Of a DNA stretch of 64,000 bases, positions 16,396 to 29,136 are shown piece by piece. A program made the position numbers and the translations under genes. This DNA is from Zygnema circumcarinatum SAG 698-1b. Lineage: Eukaryota; Plantae; Zygnematophyceae. Positions within the stretch are counted from its first letter, which is position 1; each line of letters starts with the position of its first letter. The DNA lies in contig CM074810.1 in NCBI GenBank assembly GCA_037447605.1, positions 3,134,880 through 3,198,879 of the forward strand, given 5' to 3'. The notes under the pieces are model-generated. The model searched no databases and was not told the DNA's origin. It worked only from the letters and a program-made list of their open reading frames with translations.

Positions 16396-16619
16396 CCGGC
16401 GACTTTGAGTCGCTGAAGAACTCTGCGACGGCCTTACGCCAATTGCATCCTCCGAAAGCGTCGCAGAGCGACGCCGGCCGACGAGGTTTCCCGTAACCGG
16501 CACAGAATTCGCCGGCCGGCGAGTTGGACCCTTTTCCGGCAGCAGCTTGTACTTGACGGTCGAATGAGTGCAACAGTTCGTGAAGCGCAAGCCAAAGGGC
16601 AGCGAGAGTGAGGGAGAGA

Positions 16620-16658
<39 letters not shown>

Positions 16659-16830
16659 AGAGACAGACGAGGAGAGGGAGAGTGGAAAAAAGGAGAGAAA
16701 GAGAGAGAGAGAGGACAGAAGGAGAGTGAGAGAGAGAGGAAGAAGGGAGAGAGGGAGAAATCGTCATGGAGAAGCGCGAGAATTCGGAAGCCATGGATGG
16801 CCGTGTTGTTGGATTCGGAGGACAAGAAGC
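16396..16830 (+). pseudogene. Truncated duplicate of the PLAC8 gene upstream region and first ~19 codons
   Basis: 16396-16550 aligns with ~13755-13910. ATGGAGAAGCGCGAGAATTCGGAAGCCATGG..GATTCGGAGGACAAGAAGC repeats 13981-14038 with frameshifting insertions, then homology stops abruptly. Confidence 0.85.
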
Positions 16831-16982
16831 ACGAGCGCCACTTGCTGACGTGGCGAGCTCTCATTGGTTGGAAGTTCCAAGTGCAGTATGCATGACTACC
16901 CCCTAGGACTAACAATGACGTCACGCTACGAGTTCCATCCGTACGATACCGGGCCGTATCGCTTTCGTATCGTATTGTGAAC

Positions 16983-17490
16983 ATTCAATGGTTGGTTTCT
17001 AGCCATTGAAAACAACCGGTGCCTGCCAGCCATTGGATTCAGTGGTCGGTTGCCAGCCATTGCGTACAACGGTTGACTGCCAGCCATTGGATTCAATGGT
17101 TGGTTGCCAGCCTTTTTAAACAACCGATGGTTGCCAGCCATTGGATTCAGTGGTCGGTTGCCAGCCATTGGATACAACGGTCGACTACCAGCCATTGGGT
17201 TCAATGGTTGGTTGCCAGCCATTGCAAACAACCGGTGGTTGCCAGCCATTGGATTCAGTGGTCGGTTGCCAGCCATTGCATACAACGGTTGATTGCCAGC
17301 CATTGGGTTCAGTGGTCGGTTGCCAGCCATTGGATACAACGGTTGATGCCCAGCCATTGGATTCAATGGTTAGTTGCCAGCCATTGCATACAACGGTTGA
17401 TTGCCAGCCATTGGATTCAATGGTGGGTTGCCAGCCATTGCAAACAACCGGTGGTTGCCAGCCATTGGATTCAGAGGTCGGTTGCCAGCC
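16983..17490. repeat. 27-bp tandem array (~19 units) with 108-bp higher-order organisation
   Basis: Constant TTGCCAGCCATTG core plus four variant tails that recur in order. Confidence 0.92.
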
Positions 17491-18329
17491 CCAACCTGAC
17501 CTCGCTCGCCAGGTATAGGTCCGCCACGACCTTCCGCGCACACCCGTACGAGGTTTGGTACACAGCTGGACAGGGCACTCGGGCCAAGCGCTGCAGGATT
17601 AGGGTTGGCATCGGTTCATCTGCTCGTCGCCATACAAGGGCAGAAATCTACAAACGAGTCCGTCAAGTTCATTTGTACCTGCATGATCATACAAGAGAAA
17701 ATGATGTTTGATTGAACTCACGATGGCAGGGCCATCAAATGTACATGGAGAAAATCGACATAAGGAACCAAAAGAAGCGGTCACAACGGACATAAAGACC
17801 AAGAGAAAGCCTTGAAACGGAAATCAACTTCTAGGCGCAACAACACGGCACTAGAAGCGGCCCTTGAGATGCGTAATGTAGGCGCCGATACTTGTGAGGG
17901 AAGGCGAGGAGGACCACCGGGGCCGGGTCCCAACAAGCGCGGCCGCGTCGAAGGATCGTGGAAGCAAGACACGTAAAGCGGCGGAAATCTTTACGTTAAT
18001 GCGATAAAGTTATGGGGTCGGCTGGGAGGCTTCCGGGCCGTGCATCTGAGAAGGCGATGGGCACTGGCGAAAGGAAGACTTTCCAGCCAGAGCATCAAGC
18101 TGACCAAAATTTCGACGCCAATGGAACAAACTCATGCGGCAGTCAGCGGTGTTGAGCATACGCGCTCGCCGCGAAGGCAGCTGCGCGAACAGCGGCGCNN
18201 NNNNNNNNNNNNNNNNNNNNNNNNNNNNNNNNNNNNNNNNNNNNNNNNNNNNNNNNNNNNNNNNNNNNNNNNNNNNNNNNNNNNNNNNNNNNNNNNNNTN
18301 NNNNNNNNNNNNNNNNNNNNNNNNNNNNA

Positions 18330-20742
18330 TCACGGATATTATACCGGATTTCCACCCAAATTCCAACCTTTGTTGGATGAATTCAGGGATGTCTTCCCTG
18401 ACGACCTTCAAGAGGGTTGCCACCATCTAGAGGAGTGGGGCACACAATCCCTCTTGAGCCTGAGCAAAAGCCGCCTTGGCGGCCGATTTATCGGTTAAGC
18501 CCAAAAGAAACCGAAGAGATGCGTAAGCAGTTGACTAATTTACGGGACAAAGGCCGGATAGAACCCAGTCAGAGCCCCTTTGGGGCGCCCATCTTGTTTG
18601 TTGGGAAAAAGATGAACCGTTGAGGATGCATTGATTATGGAGTACGCTTGACAAGATCACCGTAAAGAATGATTTGCTACCCGTATCGATGATCTGTTGG
18701 GTCGTCTTCCACGGCCCAAAGTGTTTACTTCATGATCTTGCTCCGGGGGTATCGCCGGATCCGCGTCCGCGAGCTGATGTGCCAAAACCCTGCGATTCAG
18801 GACGCCCGATTGGTCATTTCCAATAAGGTGTTGCCCTTTGGATTGACTAATGCTCCGGCGACTTTCCAGGCGGTGATGAACGAAATGTTCATCGGCATGG
18901 ACGAGTTTGTTTTGGTTTACCTCGATGATATCCTTGTCTTCAGTAAGACAGAGGAGGAACATCTTGAACACGTTCGGAAAGTGTTTGAGACGCTGAGAAA
19001 ACACCAATTTTCTGCCAAGAGGAAGAAGTGTCACTTCAGCAACGCGAATTGCTTTATCTTGGGCATATCCTCAATGATCAAGGTCTTCGGCCCGATCCTG
19101 CCAAAGTTTCTGCGGTAGAAACTTGGGCAGAACCGACTGACTTGCATCAATTGCGATCGTTCTTGGGTTTTGCGAATTATTTTCGTAAGTTCATCCAAGG
19201 GTTTAGTAAGTTGGTTACTCCCTTGACTAATTTGACACGTTCCGGTGTCCCCTTTGCATGGACCCCTGAATGTCAGGAAGCATTTGAGGGCGTACGCCAT
19301 GCACTTGTTACCGCACCCACTCTCCGTTTAGCGGACCCGTCCAAACCTTATGAAGTGGTTTGTGATGCTTCGGGATTCGCCTTGGGTGCCGTCTTGTTTC
19401 AAGATGGCCAACCTTTGGCGTATGAAAGTCGCAAAATGAATCCCGCTGAGCGCAACTATTCTGCAACAGAACAGGNNNNNNNNNNATGACTCCATCCTCG
19501 TCTTTGTCGATCGGCTCAGCAAGATGGTGCATTTTGCACCAACTACTAAGACAGCTGGGGCCGACGAGATTGCACGGTTGTATGTTGACAAAGTGTGGAG
19601 CCAGCATGGTCTTCAGTCAAAAATTGTGTCTGACCGTGATCCACGATTCACCGGCCATTTCTGGACGGAAGTGCTCAAAATCGTGGGGACCAAGCAGGCA
19701 TTGAGTACAGCTTTCCACCCGCAAACCGATGGCCAGACGGAACGGGTGAACAGGATCCTGGAGGATTACCTCCGGCATTATGTGGGACCTACCCCGGATG
19801 GGTGGGATGAACTGCTCCCAGTGGCTGAGTATGCCATCAATAATGCTTTCCAGGAGTCCATTGGTACCACCCCTTTCTTCTTGAACTTTTGGCGGCATCC
19901 TCTAAATCCCTATGACCAAGGGATCGACCCCCGATCCGTGGAACATCAGGCGTCCCGCGAAAATCCCGATCCTTGGAAGAGAGGGACGATGGGACTCAAC
20001 CTCGCGGTCCGGATCTTTTGTCGGCCCCAATATGCGGCGCTGCGAGGAAACGCGTGAGACCTAGCTGGCGGCCCGGTAGCCAAAGGCTTTATCTTGACCG
20101 TCACCGTACCCAACTCACCGCCGGCGAGGCGTGAAGTGATGTTTAGCGAAAGTCGCGGTGACTTGAACTTCAAAAAGCTTATGGCGGAGCAGCGTAGGCT
20201 GTGTGGCCCTTCATGGAAACCCTTGGCGAGGTGAGTGAGCCCAGCATCCAATAGTGTTTTACGGTTGGATTTTGCGACCCGTATGAAGGTGCATCGGTCT
20301 TTCATGTGGGATTCTTCAAGGCTACGCGGCGATAGGAGGGATCGACCACCTCCCGCCAATGGAACTGAGGTGAACTTGGGTGAAGTTGAAACCGTTTCAA
20401 AGTACGTAGGTATTAATGAGAAAGTGCGATCTTCGGAGTCACGAATACCTCGTGAAATGCTTGGGCTATGGGGTTGAGCATAGCACGTGGGAAGCCGAGG
20501 GCAACTTGACCAATTGCCAGGAGCTCATAAACTTGTACTAGGGTATGGCGGTAGCGGGGAGGCCGAGGCGAGGGGCTGGGGGGTTCTGAGCCGTCCCGCG
20601 CCTTCGGAAAGGAACGGCCGGGATTATGTTGAGCCACTCCGATTTATCCGCGTAAAGAAGTTAAAGCGTGCCGTTGAAACCTTCTGTTTTGCCTTTCTTA
20701 CACCCAGCTAGCGCGTGAGCAGTTAGCGTTCTCAGGGAGTAA
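18330..20742 (+). mobile_element. Ty3/gypsy chromovirus pol (RT, RNase H, integrase, chromodomain), frameshifted, copy A
   Basis: Motifs PFGLTNAPATFQ, VYLDDIL, DASGFALGAVL, IVSDRDPRFT, HPQTDGQTERVN and EYLVK.LGYG..HSTWE. A PPT-like AGGGAGTAA precedes the LTR start at 20743. Confidence 0.92.
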
Positions 20743-22446
20743 TGTGCTTGGCCTTCACGGTCATGAAGGGAAGGATACTAAAGCGGTGTGGCCTTATGTT
20801 TTTCCGTCAATCACGGTACCTAATGGATTTAGGGCATGTGGATACTCTATATAGGGCAGCGGAGGTCTGGGATTGGTACCGTAGGCGGATTTAAATGCAT
20901 TGGGGAGCACAGCATGGTGGCGGTGGCCCGTAAGCGCCCGAGGTCCTCACCGGCATAAGGGAGGGATTGAGGATTACTTGCGGCACCGCAGGTTATCCGG
21001 TCCAGCGATTGGATCTGGGCACATTTGTTGCGGCGCCCTCCCTTGAGGTAGGTACGCGAGCTTCTCTACAGCGGCTTGTAGGCTCGGCATTTTGATGAAT
21101 TCTTCCCGTCGCCTGAAACGCGCTTCATCACGAGAAACCGACTCGGCGGAAATATGAAAATGTAAGGAGAGAAAGCCGCTGACTAAAAGCTCCTTAAGAT
21201 AAAGATGAAATACAAAAAACGGCAATAGCTGAAATTGACTTGGCGCTCTACTGGCTTCACATTAGATAAACCACCCCTTCTGAAAGCTGAACTCTTCCCA
21301 GCTATCTCCTTGGCCCTAAGCAGGAATGGCACCGGCTCCCCGATGTGAGTCCGCGAGGAAGGTTAACTTCTACCAAACAATCTAAGCCTTAAATACAATA
21401 GCAAAACCGTGGTAGGACATTGTCACGTCACGGCCGCACATGCTACGCCTTGCAAGGGCCTTATCCCGATCCTAATCTTGCGCCGTCGGATCCTCGTAGG
21501 CTTGCACGGATCCAGCACATCATTGCCGTCAGATCCGCCTCAGCCTTATCTCCATCCGCGTCCTCCACCGTAGGATCTGACTCCTCATTACTTGGCGTCA
21601 TGTGGGACCCCGTAAGCCTACGAGCGCCACCGACCTAGGCCGTACAGGCCTTCAATTTAACCCGACACGTGGCGCCTTCCGATTCGCCACTGTCCTCCAC
21701 TTGAGACATTGCTGACTCCGTACCTCGTCAGTTCTGCTCCGCGCGCTGATTCGCGCCTCGTCACGTCCCGATTTGTCGCGTCGTGCCACGTCACATCTGA
21801 CTCCGCCACGCCGCGCCTCGCCACCGACCAATGTCCGTACATTCGAGGTCCTGGCCTTACAAATCGTACCACTGATTGGCTCCACCGACATTCTGATGCC
21901 TTGCCTTGCCAAATCAGACTTGCGCGCTATACGCACACCCCTTAAAGACTTGTACGGTCGCCTAGACGCCCCTCCGTACAATGTGGACACTTTTGAGCAC
22001 ACCCCTCCTTAGAACTTAGTACCAACAACTTAGTGTACAACAAGTCCTTAACTACTTTACACTAACAGGGCCGCGGTCCGGATCCCCCTTTTGGAATCGG
22101 CCAGTCGTCCGTACAGTTACGGGTTACCGTTGGTACGGACGGGCTGACAATCGGACCCCACGCCGCGCGCGTAGGATCCGGCCGTGCACCGACGTACGGC
22201 GGCGCGCGCCGCGGAATGCGGCGAGCGTTCGTACGTTGTACACCTCTGACCCATTCGGGTCAGAGAGAGACACGTGGCAGTCTGCCATTGGACAGCCCTG
22301 CTTCCAATCCTCCATGCTGGTAGGAGGTTCAACGGGGGAAGCATATAGGGGCGAGGGGGACTGTCGTCACCCAACCAACGTACCGGCATACGGTTGCACC
22401 CGTGCCCAGGGCTGCGCCAACCTCTGAAGCTCTCTCTCTCTCTCTC
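20743..22446 (+). mobile_element. 3' LTR of chromovirus copy A (noisy, longer than the copy-B LTR, terminal ~65 bp missing)
   Basis: 20760-20870 and ~22110-22446 are reverse complements of parts of 29138-29861. Confidence 0.7.
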
Positions 22447-23361
22447 ACTTTCTTGATTCAGACGCTGAGTGCAAGCTGAGAGAGATTCCGCGCACGACTG
22501 AGGAGGGATTAGCCCCGCGGTCCGTTACATTCTGTCTGCGCACAGAGGGCTGGACCCGTAGGAGCAGGAGTGGGAGTCTCTTCCTCAGTATCAGAATTGG
22601 CAGAACCATAGGAAGAATGGGGACTGCCGGCCGCATGATACATGTTGATCTCTGGGTAGGATACCTGCGCCGTGGCATGTCGTTTGGGGAAGGCGGAGGT
22701 GGCAAGGGACTCAAGTATGATGGGGAAGGAGCAATCTGTCCCGCCAGCAGATAAGTGCAGCTGACACGTAGAAAAGTCAATTTATGCACCCATTGCAATG
22801 AGCCAATCTGAGCCAAGCAGGATAGAATAATGCTCAGCGGCAGTGATGACCGCATTCACTGTGGCTCCCATCTCTCCAAGGCTGATGATCACATGTGCAC
22901 TGCCCAAACCTTCATGCAGACTCCCCTCAACCCCCACATATCTGGGGATGGGTTCGAGTGTCTTGTCCAACTTAACCCCTGTAGCCTTCATCACTGGTTT
23001 AGACAAAACTGTGCGCATAGCTCCTGTGTCTATCATGGCCTTGCTGGGATGGCCATTCAGCCATATATTGACAATGATGCGCACGTTGGGCGTTGGGATC
23101 AGAGGGAGGACATGAATCTGGCGAGGAGGCTGGCAGGGAGATCGAACTGGGTCTGGAAGAGGCGCAGTGGCCATGTGGTGTATATCTGCAGGCAAGGGGA
23201 TGTCCGGAGGAGGTGCCATGGGAACCGTGGGAGGCCGCAGGGTGGCCTCTGCACTGTCGGCCAGCTTACGAACTACAGCTGCAGCACCTGGAACCAGCTG
23301 CATCAACTGTGACAAGGTAATTCCGATCTTAGCCTTGTCCCCCATAAGCTGATGAACCATG
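22447..23361 (-). mobile_element. Gag-protease region of a second, different Ty3/gypsy family (host of the nested insertion)
   Basis: Aspartic protease motifs AMIDTGA and ILLGSDWL, preceded by ITLSQLMQLVP. The sequence differs from the chromovirus protease. Truncated at the LTR junction at 23361. Confidence 0.8.
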
Positions 23362-23710
23362 TGTAACGGCTGAAATCTAACTCCTTCAGCCTGCGCGGAA
23401 TAACACACCAGCACTCAGAGTTCAACGAGAGGGCGAGAGCAAGAGCGAGAGAGCGAGCTTCAGAGAGTGGCGCAGCCCTGGTCAGGGGTGCAACCGAATG
23501 CCGGTACGTTGGTTGGGTGACGACAGTCACCCTCGCCCCTTTACGCTTCCCCCGTCGNNNNNNNNNNTTATGGTTCGAACCTAGGACCTCCGTCGTCCTA
23601 TAGGGTATCCGATGCCCTAACCGTTAGGTACTGCATTGGATGGAAACATAAAGCCACGCCGGGCTCTAAGTAACCCTTCCCCCTTGGGGTGACTGTAGCG
23701 TTTCGCTACA

Positions 23711-23722
23711 TTACTCCCCCCC
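23711..23722 (-). promoter_or_regulatory. Polypurine tract (GGGGGGGAGTAA) abutting the 3' LTR
   Basis: TTACTCCCCCCC immediately follows the LTR end GCTACA on the + strand. Confidence 0.85.
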
Positions 23723-26700
23723 TGTGAGAATGTGAACGCCCTCGTTCACGTGTGTGGGGTAGTAAAGGCAGCTCGTAGTTTCAACGGCACGCGTCGAACT
23801 CTACGTGATAACCGGGAGGGCTCAGCGATAATCCCGGTCAAGTCCCTTTCCGAGTTGCGCGGGGACGGCTCAGGAACCCCCCGAGCCGCCCTCGCCCGCT
23901 CTCCTGCGGCCTGCGCCTCCCAGTACAAGTTGATGAGCTCCTGGCAATTGGTTAAGTTGCCCTCGGCTTCCCATGTGCTATGTTCAACCCCATAGCCCAA
24001 CCATTTCACGAGGTATTCGTGACGGGAAGATCGACCCTTTCTCACAAGACGGTGGGCTTGAATGGTTTCAACTTCATACTCAAGTTCACCTTGAGCCCAG
24101 CTGCGTGGGGAGGTGAGTTGGATCCTCCGGTTCGCTACAATAGACCTTTAGCAAACCCACATGAAAAACCGGATGCACTTTCATGTGGGATGGTAATCCG
24201 ACCTGTAGCAACATCATTGATTCGCTCCCGACCTTGGAGGGACCGATGAAGTGGGGTCACACCTTACGGTTCTGCGTCAGCTTTGAGTCTCAAGTTCGCC
24301 GACCTGCAGACACTTGATCGCGTCCGTCTGCAGGTGAGTTGGGTACGGTGATGGCTGCACACAGGCCTGCCCGCTCGCGACTGGGCCGCCAGCAGGGCCC
24401 CTGGCCGTGCCCTCGCAGGTGCCTCTCAGAGGACTAAAGCCGGAGGCAGGGCAGGAGGTTGAGTTCATCAGCCCCTCCCAGGTCCAGATTCGGGGTTCTG
24501 CACGTCATGTTCTACGCATCAGGGGGCTGATCTCGGTTGGCAGGGGACTCAGAGGATGCTGCCAGAGCCCAGAAGAAAGGGGTGGAACCAATGGACTCTG
24601 AACATTATTGATGGGATACCAGCTACGAGCAGTCCGTTCCACCCATCCGGGAAGGTTTGCACACAATGTTGGCAGTAAATTCCTCCAGGGTTCTGCTTGT
24701 CCTGCCCCGTATCGCTTTGAGGAAGCTGCATCACGCGTGGCCGGCCCCACCATCCCAGCATTCTGCCCAGAAAAACTTGTGACCTGGATCACGGTCAGAC
24801 ATAATTCTTGACTGAAGACCATGCTGGCTCCACACTGTCAACATACAACCGTGCAATCTCGTCGGCCCCAGCTGTCTTAGTAGTTGGCGCAAAATGCACC
24901 ATCTTGTTGAGCCGATCGACGAAGACGAGGATGGAGTCATGCCCTCGAGGTGTCACAGGAAGATCTGTGATCAAGTCCATACCCACACTATCCCATTTCC
25001 GAAAAGGAGGTGTGAGGGGTTGCAGCTGGCCAGGGATCCTGCCAGTGCGGGGTTTGTTTCGTTGACAAGTTGGACAAGCGAGTACATACGCTTTCACATC
25101 CCTCGAGAGTCCAGGCCACCAGAACTCTCGGAGCAGTGCCTCACGGGTTTTGGCAACTCCCATGTGACCTCGGTACGGAGGATCATGTAGCTCACCCAGA
25201 ATGAGCTGCCGTACAGTCCCGGCCTTGGGCACGACCAACTGCTGGCCGTGGTACCAGAATCCGTCCTTAGACACCACTTTGTCCTTATAGCCATTACCTT
25301 GGCCATCCAAGAACAAAGGATCACCAGTATACCCCTCCTGAATCATCTGTCTGAGATCAGAGAGAGCAGGAGGGTTGACTGCGTCACTGGTGGAGGGATC
25401 TATGACAAAGCATACTGGAGACGGAGACTCGGGGTTGGCCGGCCCCTCACCTCTGTCATCTCGTTCCACCAACACCCGAGTCGACGAGTGCACCATCCAG
25501 GCATCATGCCGAAAGGCTGCCAATCTGACGGTGCCTGCGACATCCAGCCTTCCGGGCGAGAAACCCTGACTCGGTAGCCAACCTTTGGAGGAATCTAGAC
25601 CAGGCGTGCCCGCCGCCACACAGGTTGCTGGGCTCAGAGGAACGCCGGATGGGTGGTGGTCAGTGACCAGCGTGACCGCTTTCGCCCCCTCTAAATAGCA
25701 CCGCCATGTCCTCAGGGCGTGGACCACTGCAAGCAGTTCCTGTTCTGTTGCAGAATAGTTGCGCTCAGCGGGATTCATTTTGCGACTTTCATACGCCAAA
25801 GGTTGGCCATCCTGAAACAAGACGGCACCCAAGGCGAATCCCGAAGCATCACAAACCACTTCATAAGGCTTGGACGGGTCCGCTAAACGGAGAGTGGGTG
25901 CGGTAACAAGTGCATGGCGCACACCTTCGAATGCATCCTGGCATTCAGGGGTCCATGTAAAGGGGACACCGGAACGTGTCAAATTAGTCAAGGGGGTAAC
26001 CAGTTTACTAAACCTTGATGAACTTACGAAATAAATTTGGAGGAGAAGGGGATGGACGCTGCAGGTCAGCCGCGGTGCCCAGCTTTCTACCGCGGAGTTG
26101 CAGGAACGAGACGGACCCTATTATCAGAGGTGCCCACAGAGAAAGCAACTCACGTTGTAATGAAAGTGACACTTCTTCCTCTTGGCATAAAATTGGTGCT
26201 TCTTCTAGTGGTTCTCAAACACTTTTTGCGTGTTCAAGATGTTCCTCTCTGCCTCACCAGAAGAATACCATCGAGGTAAACCAAAACAAGCCGGCCCATG
26301 CGACCTGAACATTTTGTTTATCACAGCTGTGAAGTTGCCGGCACTATATTTATCGAAGGCACATGCTGCATATTGGAAATGACCAATCGACGTCCGCAAA
26401 TGTAGTTTTGGCACATCAGCTTCCGTAACACGGATCTGATGGTACCCCTGAGCAAGATCGAGTGAAGTAAACACTCTGGCGCCGTGAAGACGATCCAACA
26501 GATCATCAATACGTGGTAAAGCAAAACGGTTCTTTACGGTGATCTTGTTGAGTGCGCGATAATCAATGCACATCCTCAACGAACCATCTTTCTTCCCAAC
26601 AAACAAGATGGGCGCCCCAAAGGGGCTCTGACTGGGTTCTATCCAGCCCTTTTCACGTAAAGTTGCCAACTGCTTTCGCATCTCCTCGGTTTCTTTCGGG

Positions 26701-29124
26701 CTTAACCGATAGATCGGCCGCCAAGGCGGCTTTTGCTCAGGCTCAAGAGGGATTGTGTGCCCCACCCCTCTCGATGGTGGCAACCCTCTTGGAAGGTCGT
26801 CAGGGAAGACATCCCTGAACTCATCCAACAGAGGTTGGATCTGAGANNNNNNNNNNCTGCCCCGGAGTAGGATTGGAGCTTGATCTTGAGTGTGACGCTA
26901 CCAGAGATCTGGCCCTTGCGTCCATCCCCGAAAGTAACACTTTCTGAATGGGGATCTGTGGTCAACCCAAATCTCTGGGTGAACGCAGAGCTAACAAAGT
27001 TAGCATCTGCACCAGTATCTAGCAGTATAACTGCTGGGTGGCCATTGGCTGACCCGATGAAGGTCATGGCACGATGGGCAAGATGGAACATAGATCGCAC
27101 TATATGCGAGGGTTGAGGACGAGCCGTCCTCCACACCAATGTGTAGGGTGAGCCAACCAGCAAGCTGGTGGATCCTTCCATCTCTTGCACCAACGTGTGC
27201 CCTTTCCTCAACTGTTTCACCAACCGCCAAGTGGCGTTGGGAAAGGTGCGAACTGCCATGTGCTGAGGAACCAGCACATGCAGCCCAAGGACATGGGAGG
27301 TGTTTCCCATGACATGCAAAGCATCCATGGCACATTGCATGAGAACATCATCGCCCATGACATTGAGGATAAAGACATGCCAATCACCATTCATCACTAC
27401 ATCCATAAACCCAGAAGGAGTCACTACAGTGGCAGGGGAAAGAGAAATGGAAGAAGGGAGTACATCAAACACAAAGAGATCTTGCACTCCCAAAGGCCTG
27501 CCCACCAAGTTAAGAATGTCCAGGGTTCTAAGAAACAAGAGTCTTTTATCCCTGATGGCAGCCCCATTCCCTCCCCCTAGCCTAGCATGTCCACCAGCAA
27601 CGACCCCTAAGCTGCTGGTGGGTTGGGGTTTTCCGGCCCCTTGCCCTTCTTGTCCTTGGTGTTCGTGAGGGCAATCCCGCCTTGTGCCCCTCCTCGCGAA
27701 ATTTAAACACTTGTTCTCCCCACGCGATCTTCCATTTCCTCCGAGTCAACTTCGCGTCGCGGTAAGCAGGGCCGCAGCCACTTCCGGCTGCTTCCGCTTG
27801 TTCTTTCCTGCCATCTTGGCAGGAGCTGAGGGTCCCGCCTTCCACGACCCTGTCACGTCGCCCGACCTCTGCTGGGGTCGGGAAGGGCCTGCATCGCCTG
27901 CAGGGGCGGTGTCCAACTGAATGGCTGCATCAAAGTACAGCTCAGAGTCAGCGGGGTCCCACGGTTTCAGAGTCCGTGGGTTAGTTCGCAACTGCTTCCT
28001 CAGGTGTGGCTTCAAGCCATTCCTGAAGTGGAAGAAAAACTCAGCCTGTCCAGGCTTGTGAGTGGTGATCTGAGGCACCACTTGTCGCAGGTCTCGCAGA
28101 AACTGCTTGACGCTGCCGGTTTGGACCATGTTCTGAAACTTATCCCGGGCCTCCAAGCCGGGATCCAAGGCCCCAGTGTTTGATAAGTTCATTCTCGAAC
28201 TTATCCCACCGCCCTCCTAATTCATCAGAGAGGCCCTCATATTAATAATGGCGCGCTTCCTTCGAGGCCGGGTATGCTACCCACTCCGAGGGGGGACAAT
28301 GGTCGCAAGAAGGTAACCTCGCTTGATTCCAAATCCACGCCAATCGAAGCAAATTGCGGTAGATGTTCGGCCTGAAAAGGAAAGCGGGCTACCTTGCCCG
28401 ATTCCGCCGTGGGCATCCCCGCAGGTTATGGGGAGCAAACTGAGGATCGATCTCCTCCGCCTCAAAGAAATGCCTTCCCTCGACACGGGGTCCCCATCAC
28501 TGGGTGGTTCGCCACCCCCGTGAGTGATCGCGGAAAACCGTGGGTTCGATTCCCCGGCCGGGCCGCTTCTCGTAAGCCGTGTTGGGGCGTCGACAGACGA
28601 CGCCACCGAGTGGTTTGCCTAACCCCTTTCCCGTGACCTGATGCATCCACGCTTACGTACCGAGGGGGTTCGGGTATACCTTTCGATTCTGGACCGTCCG
28701 AAGGCTCCGAACTCCATTTGAGCGGTCACTCAAGCGGCGATTCCGTGAGCCTATGTCGCCCACTGCCAGACAAAGCTATGGTGGCGACGGCCGCCTTTAC
28801 ATCCGCTTCCCAGCCGACCCTTCTTTCATCTTTTCAAAGACGCCTACCGCGGATGTGGGCCCGACACGGATCGGGCGGATTCGGCCGCTGCTCCGTGACG
28901 GAGGGCGTGGTAAGCAGCCACCTGGGATGCACCTTGTCACCAGGCCTCGGCTGGCCCTCCACAGGACTCCGGGCCATAGCCCTTCGAAGTTTCCTCCATC
29001 ACCTCGCCCCGGGGACCGGGCGGTGGAGGTGGCGGCCCTCGGTGGCCCCGGTCCCTCCTCCGGGCCGCAAGGAGTGGTCACCATGACCCACTAGGTTCTC
29101 CCAAAAGAAGAAGGCCGCAACGCG

Positions 29125-29136
29125 GCTCTGATACCA
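29125..29136 (-). promoter_or_regulatory. Primer-binding site complementary to initiator tRNA-Met (TGGTATCAGAGC)
   Basis: GCTCTGATACCA on the + strand, 1 nt inside the 5' LTR boundary. Confidence 0.93.

Noticed and set aside
16983-17490. CRISPR array, or 9-aa repeat proteins (MAGNRPLNP) from the 27-bp array
   Set aside because: The variable parts are only ~14 nt and recur periodically. There are no cas genes and the context is eukaryotic. The ORFs are by-products of a 27-bp period open in several frames.
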